NCBI GenBank assembly: GCA_964384105.1
Contig: CAYLJV010000005.1
Location: 24,576-88,575 of the forward strand
Direction: 5' to 3'
Source: Candidatus Hadarchaeota archaeon
Lineage (GTDB): Archaea; Hadarchaeota; Hadarchaeia; Hadarchaeales; JAGGTB01
DNA length: 64,000 nt
Part shown: positions 18,711 to 26,459 of the stretch, one piece after another
Position numbering within the stretch: position 1 is the first letter of the stretch
Layout: each line of letters begins with the position of its first letter
Position numbers and translations under genes: made by a program
Notes under the pieces: model-generated
Databases searched by the model: none
The model's input: only the letters and a program-made list of their open reading frames with translations
What the model was told of the DNA's origin: nothing

Positions 18711-18934
18711 GTGGTTTCCCTGTAGTGTTTTGCTATGTTGTGTTTGAGGTTTTTGCTCAGTTCTTCTGCTCCTTCTTCTGTTAGTTTGCTTTCTGAGGCT
18801 ATTTTTTCTGCGACTTCTAGTTTGCGTATGTAGGTCCACATGGATTGTCTGGCGACTTCGCTCCAGTTTATTTCTGGGTGGTTGTCGATTTCTTTTTTCA
18901 GGTCTTCGGGGATTCTTATCGTCATGTTCGGCAC
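18707..18934 (-). CDS. RHH antitoxin (VapB-like)
   Basis: MTIRIPEDLKKEIDNHPEINWSEVARQ; GTG start after a GGTGA SD; ATGA-coupled to the PIN gene. Confidence 0.82.
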   Translation of the reverse strand: MPNMTIRIPEDLKKEIDNHPEINWSEVARQSMWTYIRKLEVAEKIASESKLTEEGAEELSKNLKHNIAKHYRETT

Positions 18935-19008
18935 ACTAATCACCAGTGCATATATGTGTATGCAAATACTAATAAGTTTGATTATCAGGGTTTGAATTGC
19001 TTCGGGTG

Positions 19009-19680
19009 TTATTTGTTTAGTACTTTTTTCTTGAGTTCCTCTACAATTTTTGAAGGTAAATAATCGAGTGAGGTTTGTGGTAGGCCTCTTATTCCTAGGA
19101 TGAAGTATTTTTTGTTTTCTTTTGCCTTTTTAACTGTATCTTTGGATAGTAGGTCTTTTTGAGGGTATTGGAAGAGTCTGTTTACGAGTGGTCCGGCTAG
19201 TGCTTTGCTGTATATGGGTAGGTATTTTTCGTATAGGATTTTGGAGTTGTATTTTCCTATTTCTTCTAGTTCTTGTGAGAATAGTTCTCGGACTTGTTTT
19301 TTGGTTGGTAGTTCGATTGTGAAGTATTCTGGTAGTGCGCAGCTGAGTGAGATGTCCCAGATTGCGTTAACGTCTGGCATGTCTGCGGTTCCTATTTTGT
19401 TTAGGATTTTGCTGTAGCCTTTGATGATTTCTTTGACTGTTTGGAGTTGTTCTTCTTTTATTCCGGCCATTTGATTGAGGTAGTCTGTGTAGACGGTTGT
19501 GTCGGATTTGTATTTTTTGATTAGGTTTCTTCCTCTCCCTCCACTTTCTTTTTCAAAGGTTTCGCTCTTGAGTAGTCCTTCTTTATCCATTTCTCTGATT
19601 GTGTTTCCGATGTGTTTTCTCGAATAACCTGTGAAGTGTTCGTTTTCATCGTTAAGGTCGTATTCTTCGGCTAGTTTCAT
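19009..19680 (-). CDS. Putative wHTH DNA-binding protein of the element; may extend to about 19764
   Basis: GYSRKHIGNTIREMDKEGLL...GGRGR..KKY fits a wHTH recognition helix plus wing. Confidence 0.55.
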   Translation of the reverse strand: MKLAEEYDLNDENEHFTGYSRKHIGNTIREMDKEGLLKSETFEKESGGRGRNLIKKYKSDTTVYTDYLNQMAGIKEEQLQTVKEIIKGYSKILNKIGTADMPDVNAIWDISLSCALPEYFTIELPTKKQVRELFSQELEEIGKYNSKILYEKYLPIYSKALAGPLVNRLFQYPQKDLLSKDTVKKAKENKKYFILGIRGLPQTSLDYLPSKIVEELKKKVLNK

Positions 19681-20037
19681 GATGTTGAGTTTTCTCTCTA
19701 TTAGGGAGAGATAGAGTCTTGATCTGGTTTCGGAATTGGTTAGTGTTTGCCATCTCGCAAATATTCAAGAAACACCCCCGTTATTTGTTTTTCGTTAATA
19801 ATTTAGGTTGGTGTTTTATAATGGGTTTCGGGGAGGGGGACCTGAATGTACTTTAAAAAATTTTATTTGGCTTTGCCCGTCTGATTCCTTATTTTTATGC
19901 TTAAAATCATTCTATTTGCAAGCATAAATGAACTATATCCCCATCTGATAAGCTTAAACTTCCTTATAGTGCTTATTTAAGCTAAAAATCCTTTAATAGT
20001 CCTCTAAATTTATTTTAATACAGAATTAGGTCATAAA

Positions 20038-20325
20038 ATGATATCGAATATATTTTCGGATTCTAACTTGAACGGTGAAAGTGCGGGTGAAAGTAAGGTT
20101 GTTCGGCTTGGTGTTTGGGAGGAGGCTAGGGGTTGTTTGAAGGAGATCGATAGTGAAGAGGGTGAAGTCGTTCTTGAGGTCCGTAGAGAGTTCAAGATTA
20201 AGCTTCCTCCTCAGAAATTGGACGATCTTAAAGGTTCGATTGGTGAGAAAATTAGTGTTCTGAAGACGGATGGGTCGGTTGATGATGATTTTCTGGTAAA
20301 TATTGAGGGGGATGGGAATGTTTAG
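20038..20325 (+). CDS. Small hypothetical protein, beta-rich and possibly OB-like
   Basis: First gene of an overlapping three-gene unit; no clear motif. Confidence 0.5.
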   Translation: MISNIFSDSNLNGESAGESKVVRLGVWEEARGCLKEIDSEEGEVVLEVRREFKIKLPPQKLDDLKGSIGEKISVLKTDGSVDDDFLVNIEGDGNV

Positions 20326-20692
20326 GATTTTGAAGAAGGTTTTTACGGTTTTGTATCTGTTTTTTGCTTTGTTGTTTCCTTTTGTTTTGACTGATTGGCT
20401 TTCATTTTCTGATTGGTTTGTGCTGCCTTTGATTTTGTTTTTCTTTGGTTTGGCGGACCCTTGGGAGGCTTATAGACGTATCAAGTCGGCTGTTTTTGAT
20501 CTCTTTGATGATCTGGTTTTGGGCCGTACTCGTGATATGAGGAGGAGGTGGATTAGATCGGAAATGAGACGGGGTTTTCGAGAACTGCTTGAGCTTCTAG
20601 ATCGGTATAGGAATGATGAGGTCGGTGTTAATTGGTTGTTGGTTAGGTTGGAGCAGATTGAGGATGTAATTGGGAGGGAAAAACATGACTAG
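20318..20692 (+). CDS. Small membrane protein (2 TM plus cytoplasmic helix)
   Basis: Two hydrophobic segments; overlaps both neighbouring genes. Confidence 0.55.
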   Translation: MFRILKKVFTVLYLFFALLFPFVLTDWLSFSDWFVLPLILFFFGLADPWEAYRRIKSAVFDLFDDLVLGRTRDMRRRWIRSEMRRGFRELLELLDRYRNDEVGVNWLLVRLEQIEDVIGREKHD

Positions 20693-22796
20693 CATAGCTG
20701 AATTCTTGTCAACACATTCTATTACGGGTTTCGTTCTGCCTGCGTTGGCGTATGCTGGGCTTTTGGTTCTGTGTCTTTATTTTGTTTATCTGGGTTTGAG
20801 GAGGAGGCGTTGGTGGTGGACTTCAGTGTTGGCGCCTATAACGATTGTTTTTTATCTTGTTTTTCCTGGGCCGACTATGGCTGTGCTTCGGGGTTTGTTT
20901 GTTGAGTTGTTGGGTGAGTGGGGTTTTACTCTGAATCCTGTTGTTGGGCTTTTGGTTTTCTCTACGGTTCCTTGGTTTGGTCTTGCTGTGTGGGTTTGGA
21001 GGTATGTGGATGGAGATTTGTATGTTGAGTATTTGGTGAGTTTGTCTCATGAGGGGTTTACGGAGGTTGGGCGGCCTTTTGTTCCGAAGTGTGAGTTTTT
21101 GGAGGGTTTGGTTGAGGCTGAGGGGAAGTCTAATGAGAATGTTATGATTACTGGTGTGAGTGGTACGGGTAAGACTACTTTGGGGTGTTATTTGTTGGGG
21201 TGTTATTTTGTGGATAGGGCTCGGTTGGCGTTTTCTTATAAGCCGTGGGATTCTACTTTGGAGTTGCCGGGGTTTGATGTGGTTAGTGTTGCTGAGAATC
21301 CGCCTAGTCCTTTTTCTGATCCTGATTCTTTTACTAAGGCTTATCAGGTGGCTTTTGCGGAGCAGTCTAGTGGGGCTCGGGCTCAGAGGGCGATGACTAT
21401 TTTGCCTGAGGTTGTTGAGTCGAGCGATTCTTGGGGTGATCTTTTGCAGTGTTTGAGGGAGCGGAAGGGTAGTATTGATGATCCTGTTTTGGAGGGTGCG
21501 TTGGAAGATATTATCAGCAATGTTAGGGTTTTGCTGATGAAGAATTTGCCGGAGGGTTCTGGTTGGGGTTCGTGGGATTTTGAGGGTGATTTGATTGTTG
21601 ATTTTAGTGGTTTGGAGAATGATCAGCAGAAGAATTTCTTTTCTGAATATTTGTTGCGTTCGATTTGGAGTGAGGTTGAGGAGGGCGATCGACGTGATTT
21701 TGTTTTGTTTACTGATGAGGCTCATCGTGTTTTGAAGAAGTGGGCTGGTAGGCAGGTCGGGATTTTAGATGTGATGGCTCGGGAGGTCCGTAGTCTCGGC
21801 GGCAACTTGATTATTTCTACTCAGAATCGTTCGGATATTTCGGAGTTGGCTTTGAATCAGTTTGATTCTCAGTTTTGTTTCCGGTCTACTTCGAAGAGTG
21901 ATTTGGAGTCTCTTTCGCAGATTTATGGGGGTTTGTCTTCTCTTGTTCGTGAGCTTTCCACTCATCATTTTGTCGATGTTCGCCAGTACGGTATGAACGA
22001 GGATGTTAAGGTTTACAGTGGTAAGTTCTCTGATTGGTTGGTTTCTGGTGAGGTGAAACCGTCTTCTTCCGTGAGTGAGACTTCACGAAAGAAAAGGGTG
22101 AAACTCGCCGTGAAACGGCAAGAAACGGGGCGTGAAACGCCCGGAGAAAATCGTGAGACGAGTGAAAAAGAGCGTGAAACGCAAAAAGAGGGTTCCGGTT
22201 CTGGGAAAAAGGCGAAGGATTCTGACGGTGCGGTAAAGGTTGATAAAGAGAGTTTGGAGAATGATTTGATGAGGTTGTTGAACGAGCGGGCTTACTATGT
22301 AACCGAACTGGGTCGAGAGCTTGAGGGTAAGTATGATAAGGATGCGAACAGGCTCAAGGTGGATTGTCATGCTCTGCTCAAGGATTTGACTTCTTCAGGT
22401 GCGGTAATGAAGGCCGATCTGGAAGACCGTTGGGGAAACAGGCTTGTAATGTACTGGTCCAAGGAGAAGGGTGTGAGCGCTTTCCATAAAGCTTTGTCCA
22501 GAAAGGCAAAGGCCACAATTTTGGAGCAGGGTGGGGAGATCGAAAAGGGAAGAGCAGGGGTTGATTTTATGGCTTTGATAAATGGTTCTGAAATTGGGGT
22601 CGAATGCGAGACAGGGTTGAAATCGGATTTGGAGAAGTTCAAGGAAAAGGTTGAAGAAAGAGTTGAGCACTTTGATCAGGTTTGGATCATTACACCCACA
22701 AAGAAGAAGCGGAAAAAGTACCGGAAAGCCCTCGAAAGGGTTAGAAACTTGAGTTTCAAGACTCTAAAGACTTTGAAAAGTGCGATTAGAAAATGA
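20685..22796 (+). CDS. Membrane-anchored HerA/FtsK/T4CP-like ATPase fused to wHTH and PD-(D/E)xK-like domains
   Basis: About 3 N-terminal TM segments, GVSGTGKT, LFTDEAH, ISTQ, a charged linker, a wHTH, and a C-terminal H...VD...VECETG. Confidence 0.75.
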   Translation: MTSIAEFLSTHSITGFVLPALAYAGLLVLCLYFVYLGLRRRRWWWTSVLAPITIVFYLVFPGPTMAVLRGLFVELLGEWGFTLNPVVGLLVFSTVPWFGLAVWVWRYVDGDLYVEYLVSLSHEGFTEVGRPFVPKCEFLEGLVEAEGKSNENVMITGVSGTGKTTLGCYLLGCYFVDRARLAFSYKPWDSTLELPGFDVVSVAENPPSPFSDPDSFTKAYQVAFAEQSSGARAQRAMTILPEVVESSDSWGDLLQCLRERKGSIDDPVLEGALEDIISNVRVLLMKNLPEGSGWGSWDFEGDLIVDFSGLENDQQKNFFSEYLLRSIWSEVEEGDRRDFVLFTDEAHRVLKKWAGRQVGILDVMAREVRSLGGNLIISTQNRSDISELALNQFDSQFCFRSTSKSDLESLSQIYGGLSSLVRELSTHHFVDVRQYGMNEDVKVYSGKFSDWLVSGEVKPSSSVSETSRKKRVKLAVKRQETGRETPGENRETSEKERETQKEGSGSGKKAKDSDGAVKVDKESLENDLMRLLNERAYYVTELGRELEGKYDKDANRLKVDCHALLKDLTSSGAVMKADLEDRWGNRLVMYWSKEKGVSAFHKALSRKAKATILEQGGEIEKGRAGVDFMALINGSEIGVECETGLKSDLEKFKEKVEERVEHFDQVWIITPTKKKRKKYRKALERVRNLSFKTLKTLKSAIRK
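22053..22180 (+). repeat. Array of 7 GTGA(A/G)AC heptamers, mostly 21-23 bp apart, inside the ATPase gene
   Basis: Copies start at 22053, 22075, 22098, 22110, 22132, 22153 and 22174. Confidence 0.75.
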
Positions 22797-22959
22797 TATT
22801 GACTTTTGGATCGTAATTAGAAAATAAGTCATTTTACGTGCTTGGAAATAATTTTTCAAGATTTTATACGTATAAAGCTTCCTTCTACAGGGCGTAATTT
22901 TGTCTGTTCTCTATTCTTGTTTTATAGTGTAATGGATTTTTGGAGATTTTGAACAGTGT

Positions 22960-23160
22960 TTATGGTGGAGTGTTTGTTTGTTCGATTATGAGGCGGTTGT
23001 TTTTTTGGTCGATTTTTATTTTGGTTTTTTCTCCTTCTTTTAGGGGGAATGAGCTGTCTTTTGCTACATCTGTGGGGATGTAGATGAAATATTTGTCGTA
23101 TTTTTTGCCTCCTGTTTCTGTGGGCCGGTTTATGAACCTTCCTTCTCCTTTTAATACCAA
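22960..23160 (-). CDS. AbrB/MazE/SpoVT-like DNA-binding protein
   Basis: YFIYIPTDVAKDSSFPLKEGEKTKIKID...RLII swapped-hairpin pattern. Confidence 0.65.
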   Translation of the reverse strand: MVLKGEGRFINRPTETGGKKYDKYFIYIPTDVAKDSSFPLKEGEKTKIKIDQKNNRLIIEQTNTPP

Positions 23161-23226
23161 TTTGGTGTCACCGTTTGTTGTCCAAGGTTGGAGAGGTATC
23201 GGCTTTTCCGACCACCAATTTGGTGT
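23156..23226. promoter_or_regulatory. Duplicated palindromic operator ACCAA-T-TTGGT(GT)
   Basis: ACCAATTTGGTGT at 23156-23168, over the AbrB-like start codon, and again at 23214-23226. Confidence 0.6.
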
Positions 23227-23451
23227 ACCAAAGATTCTTATTGTGTTAGCAGGAATAGTTTAATCGAGAGTTTTTATTGATGAGATTGTTTGGGAAAATA
23301 TTTTCAAATCTTTTGGGGTTATCCTTTGATTCTGTATGTGTGGAAGAGATGGAGGAGTATAAAAAAGATAGGTGGTCTTAAATAAATAATGGGTTGTTTA
23401 GATGGATTTCGACAATTTCAAGTTTTCCAATGTTTTTTGGGGGGGGGCGGT

Positions 23452-26001
23452 ATGAGAGTTTTGTTTGTGGACGACGAGATCGACATTTTAGAGCAGGCTA
23501 AAATTTTTCTTGAAAAAGAGTTGGATCAACTTTCTGTAGAAACTGTAGTTTCTGCTAAAGAAGCTTTGGACTTATTGGAGGAGAAAACTTTTGATGTTGT
23601 GGTTTCCGATTATCAGATGCCGGAAATGGACGGTCTCGAGTTTTTAGAAACTGTTAGAGAAGATAAAGATAGCGAGATTCCTTTCATAATCTTCACTGGG
23701 AAGGGTCGGGAGGAGGTTGCGATGAAGGCCTTGAATCTGGGGGCTAATCGTTATTTGCAGAAGGGTGGAAGTCCTAAGTCGCAGTACGGAGTCTTGGCGC
23801 AATCGATTGTTCAGGAGGTTAAGCATGCAAGGGGTACGTTAGAAAGGAAGAAAGTGGAGGCCAAGTTATCCTCTATCGTGAGGGGTTCCGAGGACCCGAT
23901 CTATATTGTGGACGAGGACTGTAGGATTACGTTTGCAAATCAGGCTGAGTTGGAGAAGACAGGGATGGAGTTTGGAGAGATAATCGGTTTAGAGTTCGGC
24001 GAATCGCACCCGGAAGAAGATGCTAGAGATTTTGAAGAGAAAGTGAAAAAAGCTCTTGAAACCGGAAAATCACAGCGACAGGAAGTCGAACATGAGGACT
24101 CTGGACGATTCTATGATAGGACTATCACACCTGTTGAAGATCCTCGAACCGGAATGATGAATAGAGCAGCTGTAATCTCGAAAGATGTAACCGAACGGAA
24201 AAAGCGCGAAAAAGAACTTGAAGAAAGCGAAGAGCGTTACAGACGGCTTTTCGAGACCGCTCAAGATGGAATGCTCATAGTGGATGCGGAAACGGGCGAG
24301 ATAAAGGATGCTAATCCCTTTATCCAGGATATTTTGGGTTATTCAAAGGAGGAACTTCTAGGCAGAGAACTCGGGGAGATCGGAACCTTCAGAAACTTTG
24401 CTGAGAACAGAGCCCGGTTCAAAGAACTTGTAGATGAGGGATATATTCGTTACGAGGACCTACCGCTCGAAACCAAGGAAGGAAAAGAAGTCCCTGTGGA
24501 ATTCGTGAGCAATACTTACGAGGCGGGTGGGGAGAAAGTGCTTCAATGCAACATCCGGGAAATCTCCGAGAGAAAGAAGAGGAAAGAAAAACTCCAAAAA
24601 GAGAAGAAAAGATTTCAAGAAATTTTCAACAATGTGAACGATGCGATTTATCTCCACGAGTTGACTGAGGATGGGACGCCTGGCGAGTTTATAGAAGTTA
24701 ACGATGTTGCCTGTGAGATGCTTGGATATTCGAGGGATGAATTTATGGAAATGTCTCCTCAAGACATAGATTCTTCGAAAAAATCCGACGAAATCCCTGA
24801 AGTAATGGAAGAACTGTTTGAGAAAGGAGATGTCCGTTTTGAAATGTTGCATCAAGCGAAGGACGGCACCGAGATACCTGTCGAGATCCATTCCCATCTG
24901 TTTGAACTGGAAGGTGAAGAAAGAGTCCTATCCGTAGCCAGAGATATTTCGGAAAGGAAGGGGGCGGAGGAAGATTTAAAACTATATAAGAAGGGTCTGG
25001 AGGCTTCAGGCGATTCTATATACATGATTGATGTTGATGGTCGGTATGTTTTTGCCAATGATGAGCATTTATCGAGGCTTTACGAAGATGGCAGGATCTC
25101 TAGGAAAGATGAAGTTGAAGTTGTTGGGAGAAAATATCGAGATATTCACCCTGACGAGGATTCAAAGGGACTGGAGGCGAATCTTGAAAAGGTGATAGAA
25201 ACTGGAGAGGTGAGAGTGGAGGAGCACGAGTTTTCGTCTATGGACAGGTGGTCGAGCAGAACCTACAGCCCTATCGAAAATCCAGAGTCGGGAGATATTG
25301 AAGGCGTTATTATCGTTTCGAAGGATATAACGAACCAGAAGGAGGCAGAGAAAAGGGAAGAGTTTCTCCATTCACTGTTACGTCATGACGTGAGAAACAA
25401 GGCTCAGATTGCGAAGGGATATTTTGAACTTCTTGATGAGGAGGATCTCTCTGAGAGAGGAAGAGACTTTCTTGAGAAGACAGAGAAAGCGTGTGATGAA
25501 GCTGTGGAGATTATCGAAAAGGTGAGGAAATTACGAGATGTTGAGAAGGGGTCGGAGATTAGGGAGGTTAGCTTAGCGGAAGTAATTGATGTGGTGGTTG
25601 ATGAGCATAAGGATCAGCTTTCTGAGAAAAACATCGAATTAGAGTGTAAAGATGATAAGCGAAAAGTGATGGCGGGTCCTCTGTTGGAAGAGCTTTTTTC
25701 CAATCTTATAGAGAATGCTATCAGGCATTCGGATTGTTCAAACATTCGTATTTATGGAAGAGATCAAGGTGCGGGATGTATTGTTACCGTCGAGGATGAT
25801 GGATGTGGAATTTCTGATGAAGATAAGGAGAAAATCTTTGAAAAGGGGTATAGGAAAAGTGAGCGCGTTGGTTCGGGACTTGGGTTATATATGGTAAAGG
25901 AAATTGCTGAAAATTACGGTGGTGGAGTGAAGGTTAGGGATTCAGATCTTGGTGGGGTCAGATTTGATGTTTACTTGAAAAATGTACATAAGGGGGGTTA
26001 G
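23452..26001 (+). CDS. Hybrid REC-PAS(x4)-histidine kinase
   Basis: VLFVDDE/VVSDYQMP/FTGKG receiver, four PAS/PAC repeats ending D(I/V)(T/S)ERK-like, LRHDVRN, NLIENA, DDGCG, GSGLGL. Confidence 0.92.
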   Translation: MRVLFVDDEIDILEQAKIFLEKELDQLSVETVVSAKEALDLLEEKTFDVVVSDYQMPEMDGLEFLETVREDKDSEIPFIIFTGKGREEVAMKALNLGANRYLQKGGSPKSQYGVLAQSIVQEVKHARGTLERKKVEAKLSSIVRGSEDPIYIVDEDCRITFANQAELEKTGMEFGEIIGLEFGESHPEEDARDFEEKVKKALETGKSQRQEVEHEDSGRFYDRTITPVEDPRTGMMNRAAVISKDVTERKKREKELEESEERYRRLFETAQDGMLIVDAETGEIKDANPFIQDILGYSKEELLGRELGEIGTFRNFAENRARFKELVDEGYIRYEDLPLETKEGKEVPVEFVSNTYEAGGEKVLQCNIREISERKKRKEKLQKEKKRFQEIFNNVNDAIYLHELTEDGTPGEFIEVNDVACEMLGYSRDEFMEMSPQDIDSSKKSDEIPEVMEELFEKGDVRFEMLHQAKDGTEIPVEIHSHLFELEGEERVLSVARDISERKGAEEDLKLYKKGLEASGDSIYMIDVDGRYVFANDEHLSRLYEDGRISRKDEVEVVGRKYRDIHPDEDSKGLEANLEKVIETGEVRVEEHEFSSMDRWSSRTYSPIENPESGDIEGVIIVSKDITNQKEAEKREEFLHSLLRHDVRNKAQIAKGYFELLDEEDLSERGRDFLEKTEKACDEAVEIIEKVRKLRDVEKGSEIREVSLAEVIDVVVDEHKDQLSEKNIELECKDDKRKVMAGPLLEELFSNLIENAIRHSDCSNIRIYGRDQGAGCIVTVEDDGCGISDEDKEKIFEKGYRKSERVGSGLGLYMVKEIAENYGGGVKVRDSDLGGVRFDVYLKNVHKGG

Positions 26002-26006
26002 AAAGT

Positions 26007-26252
26007 TTGACGGGGGAGGACGATTCTAAGGATGAATTTGATGTGTTGGATCAGATTTTGTATCTTTTGAATGATGAAAATTGGCATGACTTGGAAGAGA
26101 TAGTAGAGGAGATTTCTATATCGGAGGAGAAAATTAAAGAGATAATGAAACTTCTTGAAAAAACGGAAATGGTTGAAACAAAAAATGGTGAGAAGAAAGT
26201 CAAAATAGATAAACTTGGGATAACAATTCTGGAATTGCCGTCAGAATCCTAA
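26007..26252 (+). CDS. Small wHTH protein
   Basis: ILYLL...WHDLEEIVEEISISEEKIKEIMKLLEKTEMV; GGGGG SD. Confidence 0.6.
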   Translation: MTGEDDSKDEFDVLDQILYLLNDENWHDLEEIVEEISISEEKIKEIMKLLEKTEMVETKNGEKKVKIDKLGITILELPSES

Positions 26253-26308
26253 AACGTAAAACTAAAAGATTAATAGATAACCCTTTACGGGCAAATTTAG
26301 GGTTAGTT

Positions 26309-26330
26309 TCCCAGCCCCGGCGCCATTTTT
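26309..26330 (+). repeat. attR (duplicated tRNA-Ser 3' end)
   Basis: Exact 22-bp match to attL; the T-stem GGGTT is retained in register at 26300-26304. Confidence 0.92.
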
Positions 26331-26459
26331 AATGTTATTTCGACTGGATTCAGAAGGTATTTTGGAAATTTTTAAAATTAGGCGCGAATATGTCTTGTCG
26401 ATATGTTTGGATAACAGAGGAGTGGGAAACTCTTAGAAGCAAGCATCTAAATGGCGGAG

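Larger units (their letters stand above)
16727..26330. mobile_element. ~9.6-kb integrative element inserted at the tRNA-Ser 3' end
   Basis: 22-bp direct repeat TCCCAGCCCCGGCGCCATTTTT at 16727-16748 and 26309-26330, tyrosine integrase next to attL, a TA pair, and a compositional shift. Confidence 0.92.

Noticed and set aside
18711-18839. N-terminal extension of the PIN ORF in the track
   Set aside because: It overlaps the antitoxin in another frame; the PIN fold starts at MKLVIDTN (18710).
20823-21725. 300-aa antisense ORF within the ATPase gene
   Set aside because: I/T/P/Q/R-rich product explained by the G/T strand bias suppressing antisense stops; no motifs.
22053-22180. CRISPR-like interpretation of the repeats
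   Set aside because: Units are 7-9 bp with spacers of about 5-16 bp, inside a coding gene, and there are no cas genes. No CRISPR array was seen anywhere in the window.
16790-26252. Provirus (e.g. pleolipovirus) identity for the element
   Set aside because: No recognisable spike, capsid or Rep gene; only an ATPase and a small membrane protein, which is too little for that call.
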